DNA from: Coniocarpon cinnabarinum
Lineage: Eukaryota
Length of the DNA: 64,000 nucleotides
Assembly (NCBI GenBank): GCA_051942205.1
Contig: JAVECO010000034.1
Coordinates: 1 to 64,000 of the forward strand
Reading direction: 5' to 3'
Part shown: one piece after another, positions 11,805 to 22,800 of the stretch
How positions within the stretch are numbered: the first letter of the stretch is position 1
Layout of the letters: each line of letters begins with the position of its first letter
Translations under genes and position numbers: made by a program
The notes under the pieces: generated by a model
Seen by the model: only the letters and a program-made list of their open reading frames with translations
The model's database searches: none
Told to the model about the DNA's origin: nothing

Positions 11805-14161
11805 CTAAGCCTTGATGGTCTGGCGGAAATGCTTGGCGGCATCGACCATATGAGAGATGGCCGGCTTGACCTCGCTCCACTGTCGGGTCTTAAGACCGCA
11901 GTCTGGGTTGATCCAGAGCTGTTCGGGCTTCAGATATCTACAAGTTCGTTAGCCAAGTGTGCGCACGTAGGAAGGGGAACAACGTACTGCAGCATCTCCT
12001 TAATACGCTGCTCAATCTCGCCTTCGAGAGGAACACGAGGTGAGTGAATGTCATAGACACCAGGGCCGATGTGGCGGGGATAAGCCTCATCAATGAAGAC
12101 CTTAAGAAGCTTAGCGTCACTCTTGCTGTTTTCAATCGAAAGGACATCGGCATCAAGGGCGGCGATGGCGTAGAAGAAGTCCTGGAACTCAGAGTAACAG
12201 AAATGCGAGTGGATCTGCGTGGAGTTCTCGACGGCGGCAGTTGACAGCTTGAAGGCGTCGACTGCCCACTTGAGGTAGTTGTCACGCTCAGTGCCCTTTC
12301 GGAGTGGCAGACCCTCACGCAGAGCAGGTTCGTCGACCTGAATAACGTTGATGCCAGCCTTCTCGAGGTCGGTGACCTCGTCGCGGAGTGCGAGAGCGAG
12401 TTGCTGAGCCTGGATCGACTGGTGAACATCATCACGAGGGAATGACCATCGCAAGCAGGTGATGGGGCCTGTAAGCATGCCCTTCATGGGCTTCTTCGAG
12501 ACTGAAGCAGCGTACTTCGACTCCTTAACTGTCATCGGGTGTGGACGAGAGACGTCACCAACAATAATTGGCGGTCGCACGCAACGGGAGCCGTAGGATT
12601 GCACCCAGGCGTGGGTAGTGAAGGCATAACCATCCATGCGCTCACCGAAGTACTGCACCATGTCGTTGCGCTCGGGCTCACCGTGCACGAAGACATCAAG
12701 ACCAAGTTCTTCTTGGATCTTCACGCATTCATCAATCTCCTTCTTGATGAAGTCATCGTACTGCTGCTCGGTAATGTCGCCTTTCGTGAACATGTTCCGT
12801 TGCTTGCGGATCTCAGCGGTCTGTGGGAAAGAGCCAATGGTAGTTGTGGGGAAGTTGGGAAGGTTGATGTGCTTCTTTTGCTCAGGATATCGGGACGAGA
12901 AAGGAGTCTGACGAAGGTGCATAGAGCTTGTGACTTTTGATTGACGGTCCTTGACTTGAGGATCGTTCGTGCGTTTCGACTCAGCGCGAGATTTCATAGC
13001 AGCTGCGTTGTTATCCAATGCCGCTTGGACGGAGGCGGGGCCGTCAGTCACAGCTTTAGCGATGGTCACGACTTCAGACAATTTCTCCTTTGCAAACGCA
13101 AACCAATTAGCAACTTCGGGATCGAGCTTCTTCTCGCTCTCCAACGTGTGAGGCACGTGTAGAAGAGAGCTGGAGGTAGCGACAATCACGCGGTCTTTGC
13201 CAAGTGCTTGAATGCCCTTCTGGACGAGTTCAATGGCGTGCTTGAAGTTGGTCTTCCAGATGTTGCGCCCATCTACCACGCCCATAGAGAGGACCTGTTG
13301 CGAGCCGAGGTGCTTGATTACTGACCCAAGCTGCTCGGGGTGACGAACAAGATCAACGTGCAGTGCGTATGTGTTTTTCAGTGCGTCAACTGCGTCAAAG
13401 TTATGAACAATGTCGCCAAAGTAAGTTGCGATAGTGATGCGTGGCAGGCTGGATTGGGATGAGTAGATAGCTTCATATGCAGGCTTGAAAGCTGCTTTTA
13501 CATCTTGAGGGAGATCGAGGACGAGTACTGGCTCGTCGATCTGCACTGTGTCTGCGCCAGCGTCTTTCAGAGCCTTGAGCAGTTGGGTATAGACAGGGAG
13601 AAGTTCAGAGAGCAACGACATTGGCTTTACGGATTGGTCTCGGTCGGCCTTGCCCAAAGCAAGGAAACTGACTGGGCCAAGGATGACAGGGCGTGTGTGA
13701 ATGCCGGCTTCCTTGGCCTCGAGGAACTGTACGACAGGTTTGGGATCCTTGCGCAGGGCAAATTTCTGACCGTTCTGGAACGTGGGCTTCACGTAATGGT
13801 AGTTTGAGTCAAACCATTTCACCATTTCCAAAGCCTGGACGTCGACGCCCCCCTTCTGGTGTCCTCTGCCCATGGCAAAGTACTCATCAATCGGGTCCAA
13901 GCCGGCCTTGCTGTATCTGTCTGGGACGGCGCCAAAGAGCTGGATGTGGTCAAGCACTTGGTCATAGAAGGCAAAGTCATTGCTGGGGATGATGTCTACG
14001 CCAGCACTCTTCTGCATCTTCCAGTGTTCCAGTCTGAGGCGTTTGCCTTCAGCCAAGAGATCTGCTTGAGAGAGCTTGCCACCCCAGTACGCTTCGGTGG
14101 CCTTTTTCAAATCTCTGAGCACTCCCATGCGGGGGAAGCCCAGAACGGAAGATTGCACCAT
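11805..14161 (-). CDS. MET6: Cobalamin-independent methionine synthase
   Basis: [43 protein letters not shown] and IHSHFCYS. Intron 11987-11938 (GTACGT...GCTAAC...TAG) adds the last exon with [11 protein letters not shown]. Confidence 0.98.
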
Positions 14162-14954
14162 GGTGGTGGTTAGTTCTAGGAAGCGGGACTTGTATGGTTC
14201 AGAAGAGTGTTTCAGTGATCAGATGCTGCAGCGTAAGATGTGTCGCTTTCGGGTATGGGTGGAGAGGGGATGAAGGAGGGTATGAATATAATTGTGAAAG
14301 AAGGGAAAGGAGAATGAGATGGCAGGAGGGTATGTTTTGAATGGAACAAGAAAAAGTCAACGGCAGTCGGTGTGGGGAACAAAATATGAGAGAATCGCGG
14401 GGCAATAATCTACGGGCAGCGGAAAGGAAGCCCGCACGTGCCCGCGGGCCTGCTTAGTCAGCGGCTTCACTCCGAGCTTCGGTGCCCGAGACCCGCCAAC
14501 GCCCTTGCTCAATACATTCCTCGGTGCAGTCACGGTCCTCGACATGAGAACCGTCGCGATTCTGCACGAGGTTGCAAAGACGCGGGCTGAGCCTGGCAGA
14601 AACACGCCAGCGACAAGTTCCCGTATCTCGTCTCCTGCCACATAAGGTTACCAATGAGGTATACAGTAAGCGCAAGGGCAAACAGGAACCCTTTCAAGGT
14701 CGTCAAGATCCCATGGAGCATCTACTGCTGAGTTAATACCACGTGTAGAGGCGCGGTATCCTCCTCCACTGTGTCTCTCGTCTCGAGCGCACCAATTTCC
14801 AACATGTTCCATCATCAGCGTGGCAGTTTCCATTTCTGGTGGAAAACCACAATTGCCACTGCCAAGTATGGCTTTCTTTCATTTCCGTTTTTAATAGTCC
14901 CTTCCGTGCACAATGCTTCCTCACCACATTTGCATGATTAGCAAAATTTAGATT

Positions 14955-16916
14955 ATGGGCATTCACATATGTCCTGAACCTTTGCGAAGAAGACTATCCA
15001 AACGGACCAGGCGTTCTAGCAACAGGAAGGTCCTCGACACGTCCTCATACGACGCCGATGCCATCCCCATCCCAAGCAGACTTTCCTCAATACATGAATT
15101 CGAGTCTGGGTGCGCTGCTCCACTGACCGTAGATCTATCGACCAGCTCGTCATCCACAAGCTCTGTGTCGGATTCAAGTGGGAGCACTCCTAATGTTCCT
15201 GTTGCTGCAAACGTGGAGGCCGTCGTCGATGATGTGATCGCTCACAAAGACGTCGATGACGCAAGCACTATTGGATCATCGAACTCGTTCATGACATGCC
15301 GCACGAAAATGAAAGGCAAATCTAGCCTTGCAACATTGAAACCTGATAGCCGGAACGATGAAGGCACAGAAGACCAAGAGCCCGTTGACGAAAACGCCGT
15401 TCCGAGTTCTGAAAGCGTCAAGTATGATCATGAGCAGGTGGACCCTTTGAGACAAGTCTCTTGCAGCAGCTATTATGGGTCTGAAGGTGCTGCGAACCTA
15501 TCTCAATGCGAAAGCGGAGGAAAAGGCCCAAGTGATCCGGGACTTGATACGGGTCGTCCGTCTTCACTGGCAAATTTGCAGGTCTCGCACCATCTACGGT
15601 TTGTGTCGGGATCATCTTCCAGATCTCAAGAAGGTATTTCCAAGACTGAGGTCACTAAAGTAAGACACGGTAGCCTCTTACACCTGGGCAACCATTCAGT
15701 ACTGCCGCTAACTCTCACGCAGCCGCTGATTTCATACTCGAACATTGCTGCCCAAAATCCGTATTCAACCAGTAACCTAGTAGTGTACACTGCCGCAATG
15801 TACGATGGGCCTGGAGAGTTGTTGCAAAGGTCACCGACTGCATCGCCTCGGCCCTCAACCAGCACCCAACCTTCAACGCAGAGGCCAACGGTGTCCACCA
15901 AGTCTGCCCAATCGGTACAGAGTAATTATGAGGAGGCCGCCGGGATCTAGGAGAAGGCAATAAATGATTACGGGAACCGCCAACTACGACAAGACACAGA
16001 TGTCTCTGGCAAGGGAAGGCAGCCAAGCTTATCACCATCCAAAGCTCGTCTCGGGTCAGGCGCAAACGACACTGGTCAGGCCGGAGGCAAAGACACTCAA
16101 TCACAGATTCGCCCTCGTCTCAAGTCTGTGTTCAAACCGTTGGACACGGAGCACACGTTCGATCATCTCGAAGTTCCGGGTCGTCCCACTTTGAGTCGGT
16201 CTCAACCACTTCTAAACGCCAAGCTCCAGAAGGAAGAGCACAAACGAGAGCAACAGACGATAAGATCACGGAGCTCTCCAGGTCCTCAAATAGTTATTTC
16301 TGGAGGTGAGGTCAATGCCGAGACTAGGCAAGACGACATTGCAGTCACCGAATCCTCGGTTGATAATCACGCACTGCAGCAACGAATGCGCAATCATCTT
16401 GCCCCCGGTGATCACTTTCCGCAACTCGCAGTCTCCTACTCATGGAAGCCCGCCACTCTAGCCGAGGACAAGTCTCGAGCTACTTCCGTGTACTCGGTCG
16501 TTCATCACGATACAGAGAACGCTGGGCCAAAGCCAACTCTCGGCGCTTGGGGAAAGTACCCTTCCCATACGCGCAAGGAGCGAACACAGCCGGCGGGCCA
16601 ACATGACGGCGTGCAAGTCCGCGACTTTGCTAATACCGGCCGCTCAACACCATCCGATGAAGAGCTTAGTCCTACAAATTCATTGACGTCGAGTAAGAAG
16701 TCTCGAAGACGCAGGAGGAAACGAGCTAAGATGACGGCTCGGGCAAGGCTCAAGATATGGCAGAAGCGCATGAATGAGGTCTTCAAGCCGTGGATGAATG
16801 AGTATCGCAAGAGGGAGAAGGGTCACCGTAGCAGTATTGCTCCTGGTGGTGCTGTTGCTTTTCCCGAGTTGGAGATGATACCGGGAAGCGCAGCTTCCGA
16901 TGTCGAAGGTAAATAA
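14955..16916 (+). CDS. Ser-rich fungal hypothetical protein interrupted by one in-frame TAG (15948-15950)
   Basis: ORFs 14955-15950 and 16128-16916 are in the same frame and 15951-16127 has no stop. Possible in-frame 63-nt intron 15660-15722 (GTAAGA...GCTAAC...CAG). The C-terminal part has conserved-looking motifs WGKYPSHTRKER..AG..DGV.VRDFA and GHRSSIA.GG.V.FPELEMIP. Confidence 0.65.
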
Positions 16917-17539
16917 AGGGGGAACAGATGCTGATGGTTGTTCACATCTCGTCAGATCGGATGAAAAGATATTGTTAGTCTTTATGTACTGCGGACATTC
17001 GCTCTTGCGCTTTTGCATATAAACCCCCGTCTCGACCCATTACACTAATATCGGGAACCATCGAGTCGGTATATCTATATATAACCAGTTTGCTACTGCC
17101 CGTATTGTTAGTACCCATTCCTCTGGTACCAATGAAGTCCAGCGCGGCCATAGAGATGATCACATGACGAGACTCTCCTCGCGCACGATCCGCGTTCCGA
17201 AATGGAGCGGTGCGCCTCCGTCTTAACGTCGTGCATGACGAGCGAAGCGATGCCGGAAGGAGTAGGTCTGTCGGAAGCAGAAGGTGGGTTGGAGCTTGAC
17301 GACTATGTTCCAACCACTACACGCTTCCGGTGTTGATACCAACCTGAGGCTTTTACGCGATGATATCAGCGTGCCATGGTGCGTGATGTGCTGAGAAAGG
17401 TAGGTATTGCTGTGATCCAGGGGCGTGTGTCGTAGGCTAAAAGATGGGGTTGCGCCTGTAGTGGCGCGCTTGTGCGCGTGATGCTTTATGGTAGTCAAGC
17501 AGACTAGATTTGCTTTGCAGTTGGGTAGGCTCGATCAGG

Positions 17540-18582
17540 ATGACTGTGCCCACGAGAGAAGGCGAGGTGCCCTTTGACCTCCCGCAAGCGGGTAAGGAGT
17601 GCAAGACGTGGTATAAGGTCTTCGGAGATCTGAAGGGAGGAAAGACGCCTCTGATCGTGCTTCATGGAGGACCAGGCTGCGCTCATGGCAAGTCCCTCAT
17701 TCCTTCCCGCGCAAAGCTCTCCCAAAGCAGGTTTCTGACGAAATCAAGACTACACACTCCCCATCGCCGAGCTCACCGAACGCACCGGCATCCCCACCAT
17801 CTTCTACGACCAATTCGGCAACGGCAAATCCACGCACGTCCCCGAGCGCAAGGGCGACGAATCCTTCTTCACCGTCGACATCTTCAAGAGCGAACTCGAT
17901 AATCTCGTCGATCACTTGAAGCTCCAAAAGAGCGGCTTCAGCCTCCTGGGACACAGCTGGGGTGGGATGCTCGCCGCGGAGTACGCTGTTGATCACCATG
18001 CCGACTCTGGACTCAGAAAGATCATCATTTCGAATAGTCCGGCGAGTATGAAGAGCTGGGGGGAGGCGGCTACGAGGCTCAGGGCGTTGATGCCGGAGGT
18101 GGATAAGGTCTTGAAGAAGTGTGAGGCGGAGGGGCGCACCGAGGGGGATCAAGAATATGAGGCAGCGAGTGCGGAGTTTTACAAGAAATATGTATGTCGG
18201 GTCTTCCCGTTCCCAGAGGCATTCAATATGGCGATGAAGCGAATTGAAGAAGATCCTACGGTTTATCATACTGTGAGTGCTCTTTGCCTCCTGCGTGTCA
18301 GGGACTGCATGTGTTGACGAAAACAATCAGATGAACGGCCCAAACGAGTTCTACGTCATTGGCAACTTGAGGACTTGGGACGTCACACCACAGCTGCCGA
18401 AAATCACTGTGGAAACGTTGCTAATCAACGGAGAGTATGACGAAGCAGCTGACAGCACCGTAGCGCCGTTCTTCGAGGGGATCAAGAAGGTGAAGTGGCG
18501 GACTCTGGGCGGGTGTAGTCACATGTCATATTGCGAGGATCTGGACAAGTATCTAGAGACTGTGCATTCATTTCTGGCTTGA
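17540..18582 (+). CDS. Proline iminopeptidase / L-amino-acid amidase (alpha/beta hydrolase), 3 exons
   Basis: [44 protein letters not shown] and CSHMS. Introns 17688-17748 (GC-AG) and 18273-18330. Confidence 0.93.
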
Positions 18583-18730
18583 TTGAAGCTCAGCCGTAAA
18601 CCAAGCACGTCATACTAGACATCGACCCTCTCCCTTCGAGGCTCTTCCTTCCCGCTCTCAGATTCTTTCAGTTATTTTGTCTTGCAATTTTGGTTCTTAT
18701 ATTTCATTTGAGCTGGCGACTGCTCTCTCT

Positions 18731-19182
18731 TTACGATTTTTGCTGAAGATCAATCTCCTCTCGCACTTCTCCAAGAGGTCCAATGCGGGCGCCGTCGATC
18801 ACCTCATCTTCCAGGCCAGTCCTGTCGTTAGGGTCCGCCGTCTTGACAGAGTGGTCTTGTGAAGCCATGGGCTCGATCTTGGCCTCTTGAATGTCCTTGT
18901 CATGGCCGATGACGCCGGAGTTGTCGGCGTGAGGGGCAGGGTGCTTGAAGTGGCCTGTGAGAAGAAATGGTCAGCTTTCAAGCTTTGTTGAGACATTTAC
19001 AAGAACGCATCCGACATACCAGCACCGCCCTCTGGGTTGATACGAGCCTTGTCAATATTCTCATCGTTAGGCACCGGTCCCCGCTCGCCCAGGTCATGCT
19101 GGACGCCACGCTTGACGTCGGACTCAAGGGGCGTTATCTTGGCCGCAGAGATCTGCTCGTTGGAGATGGCTTTGGCGTTCAT
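18731..19182 (-). CDS. Small hydrophilic protein with four I-x-x-A-[KR]-I-x-P repeats, 2 exons
   Basis: Intron 19019-18955 (GTATGT...GCTGAC...CAG) joins MNAKAISNEQ...EGGAG to HFKHPAPH...EEIDLQQKS*. Confidence 0.75.
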
Positions 19183-19886
19183 GATGAGGACTATTGCAAG
19201 TTGAATAGACTATTAAGTGGTGTGTGGAAGTGTGTATAGCTGTGTTGGTGAGGGTCAAGTGGGATGGTTGGTGAAGGGGGAGTAGCTGCGGAGAAGCCGC
19301 AGGTACGTATTAAGAAATCTCGATGCAGACATGACAGGTGTTGTGTGATGCGGAAGGTGGAGGCGAGGAGGACAAGGAGGAAAGCTGTTCACTTTGTATC
19401 CTTCTGACGTACTCACGCACGGGAGCTTGGGCAGCTTCTCCATTTCGGGGCGGGAACATGACTCGCGTCGCGTCTCTTTCGATACCTGCTGTACATACGA
19501 GGGTCCTTCTCGGCCTTCATTGTCATCGCGCACACAAAGCTTTGTGTGTCACAATGGTGCCTCTTGTCGGCTGGTGGGCTCTCTAGAACTCTTTGGGAGA
19601 GGCCGTCGAACATGTGACTGATTCTAGCACGGACAGTTCTCCGTAGTACTTGTACATGGCTGTGACACAACATAGACGAGTGCAAAGATGCATAAGCGTA
19701 GGCAACCTGTAGCGAGGCTGAGTCTCCGGGGCGCAGCTCAATGCCTACTCAAAAATCTTCAGGTTTTTCTAAGCAGAACGTTTTTGGGCACAGATCTCAT
19801 AAAATAGCCTAGAACATAAAGAGACTTTGAACTCGTGTAAGCACTATGAGCTAAATGATTCCCTCAGTGCTCGTGATGAAGCTCAA

Positions 19887-22800
19887 ATGGCACTCGAGAC
19901 CAAAAGGCCAGGCGCTCGCTTACGACTTGAGCCATGGCGACGAGCCTGCGATCGTTTCCTTGAAGGCCTTTCAGACGAACAGATCAGGCTGTTTGAAGAC
20001 AGCAAGGCCGGTGATATTGATCTAGACGACCTCTTCTATTCCGCAAATGTTGCTGTTCGGTCTTGGCAAGAGGATAACAAGTACACGAAGTTTCATATGA
20101 AACTTCAGCCCTTCGTCGAAACACTGAAAGACTATGGTTTAGCTCTTGATACAATCGCGAATGCTTCATCTATGTACTTGTGCCCAATCTGGGGTAGTGG
20201 TACGTTATTGAAATCTGCAAATGAAAGTATTAGACTAATCCGCAGCTACTAAGTCCGGATTTTGATTCAGGTAAGCCAGTATCAGATACTTAGTATATTG
20301 GATACCATTGTCTGGCAACAGTGATGCATTCCAGTGGCTTGAGACTTATTGAATAGGGCTACTCTAACGACCTTTTGCCAGATCTCCCAAGGCCACTCGC
20401 GTACCCTGGAACATTTAATGGATATTTTCAATTGGATAGGTTCTGCGCTTCCGCGTCTCCAGGTCTACAAAGACGTATTTGCAGGCTACCTCCCGATTGC
20501 GAATATACTTACAGACATCTACGTCGATATATTGCACATCTGTACCGAAATTAAGCTTGATTTCACTCGCAACAGCCGTCTATCGAGTATGGCATCTTCC
20601 TCTAATCTGGTAACCGCTGTAGCTAATCCCAGTTCTAAAGCTACTTTATCGCTTATTCGCCACTCAAGAAGGCGCTATGAGAGACAATTGAAGGTTTTAC
20701 AGCACCATGGCAAGCGAGTCAAAGACGAGTCCCAAATAGCGTGCCTTCTTGCGGCAGAACGACAGAGGCAGCGAGACAACATGCGGAATTTCTGCAGCCT
20801 TGATTACGGACGTAAACACCACAGCACCACGGCTCTCAGAATGACAGGCACCGGGAACTGGATCTTCGACAATGATATATACAAAGATTGGTTCCGTTGC
20901 TCAGTCGCTGCAGGTTTAGCCATCTATGGCATTCCTGGAGCTGGCAAGACAATCCTGTCAAGTACTATTGTCGAAACACTTATGCCGAGCACAAGCGACA
21001 CAAGAATCGGACTTTGCTACCACTACTGCGACTTTTCTGACAGTTCATCTCTAGATATTTTGACGATTCTGAGGTCTTTAATCAAGCAGTTGCTGGTACT
21101 GAAGACTGAGAGAATAGATCGCGTAGGTGGATCAGCCGCTTCGTTAATAAGAGAAATCACTGAAAATGGTGCTTGCGAATCTACTGCGAAGGCGAAACAA
21201 TCATTCAATGAGGCGATCCAGGAATTTGAGAGGGTCTACCTTGTCATTGATGGCCTCGAAGTACTCGAAACCGAAGATCAACAGCAAATGTTCAATCTCT
21301 TCCGAAGTGTGCAGCGGTCAGAAGGAACCACTGTCAAGATCATCGTCACCTGTCGTCAGGCGGAGGCATTAATTCAGCAACAGCTGCAAGCTTTCTTCAG
21401 CATTAAGCTTGACGCTCGCATCATGCGGAATGATATTGCCGATTTTGTCAAGCGAAGTGTTCAAGAAAGGATCGAACGTCGTCAACTGATTCTTAGCGAT
21501 CATTCCCTTCAAACGATCATTGCCGAGAAACTCGTCAACGGAGCAAGAGACATGTAAGACTGGCATCCTTCCTTCTTGCAGCGCTGAGAATAAAAGACTA
21601 CCTACTGACCAATGTTTGCAGGTTTTTGTGGGCATATTTACAGATTTCGGAACTCTGTGAGGCTGCCACTGACGATGAAATTCGTCAAATATTAGAAGAT
21701 CTGCCAGTCGACTTAGCACAAACGTTTACTCGTATCCTCCAGCGAATCAAAAGCTCACCCAAAGGCAACAACAAACTTGAAGTTGCGAAGAGGGTCTTTC
21801 AGTGGCTTCTATGCGCTCGTAGATTGCTTACCGTCGATGAGCTAAGAGAAGCTGTTGCTATTAACCTGGGCGACACGTTCCTGAGCGGGTCTAAAATACC
21901 TGCAGCAGAAAAGCTGGTAAGCTCATGTGGCAATTTAGTGCGTATTGATGACAATGATCACACTGTCACCTTTGCGCATTACACGGTTCAACAATATCTA
22001 CTTGGTCATGAATCCTGGTCTAGCAGGGAGCAAGTACTTCTGCTCAGCAAGGAGGATGCAGAGACCTACGTTGCTACGACTTGTCTGACATATGTGCGAC
22101 TTACTAATTTTACGACAACGATAACAAAACCTTGCACCTTTACAGCGAAACCCCGATGCTTTGCAGATAAAATCGCACACAATGATGCAGCTTCGAAGCT
22201 GGCACTACGCATGCGTAGGCATAACTTTGATAAGGGTCCCAATGAGACACGTTCTTTGACCCTCAACTTGGATCGAATACAAAGAACCGTCATACCATCA
22301 AAGTCAATGAGCTGCAGGCTTGAACTCGAAGATTACGTTGCGTCTTTTTGGTGCGACCATATTAGAATGTGGGTACCATCAAAAAAGCGGTGGGCAGATC
22401 TGAAAGCTACAGTTCTTGGGCACGAAATCGCCAGCAAAATTCCGACTCAATTTCAACCTTGGCTTAATAGCGATGACTTCGAAGCTAGCAATGAAGGTGT
22501 GATGAGTTGGGCATGGACACATAACAACATTGCTTTGGTCCTTCTTCATCATGAATGGAGCCCCGGTCTTTTGGAGCATTTTTGGCGTAATGATTCTAGT
22601 TCTTTGGAGCCACTTGGGTGTAATGTGTCTGGGAAACGAAGTCACAAAGCCAGATGGCATCCAGTAGAAACTCTTTTCCAACCAGGACGGAAATTCTTTG
22701 CCGATTGCATATGGGATTTGTTAAGCCAGGAGAGGTGGGCCTGGGACTTTCATCCATTCGCAGGCACCAATGCTCGGTAAGTCCTTATTCAAGTCCTTGT

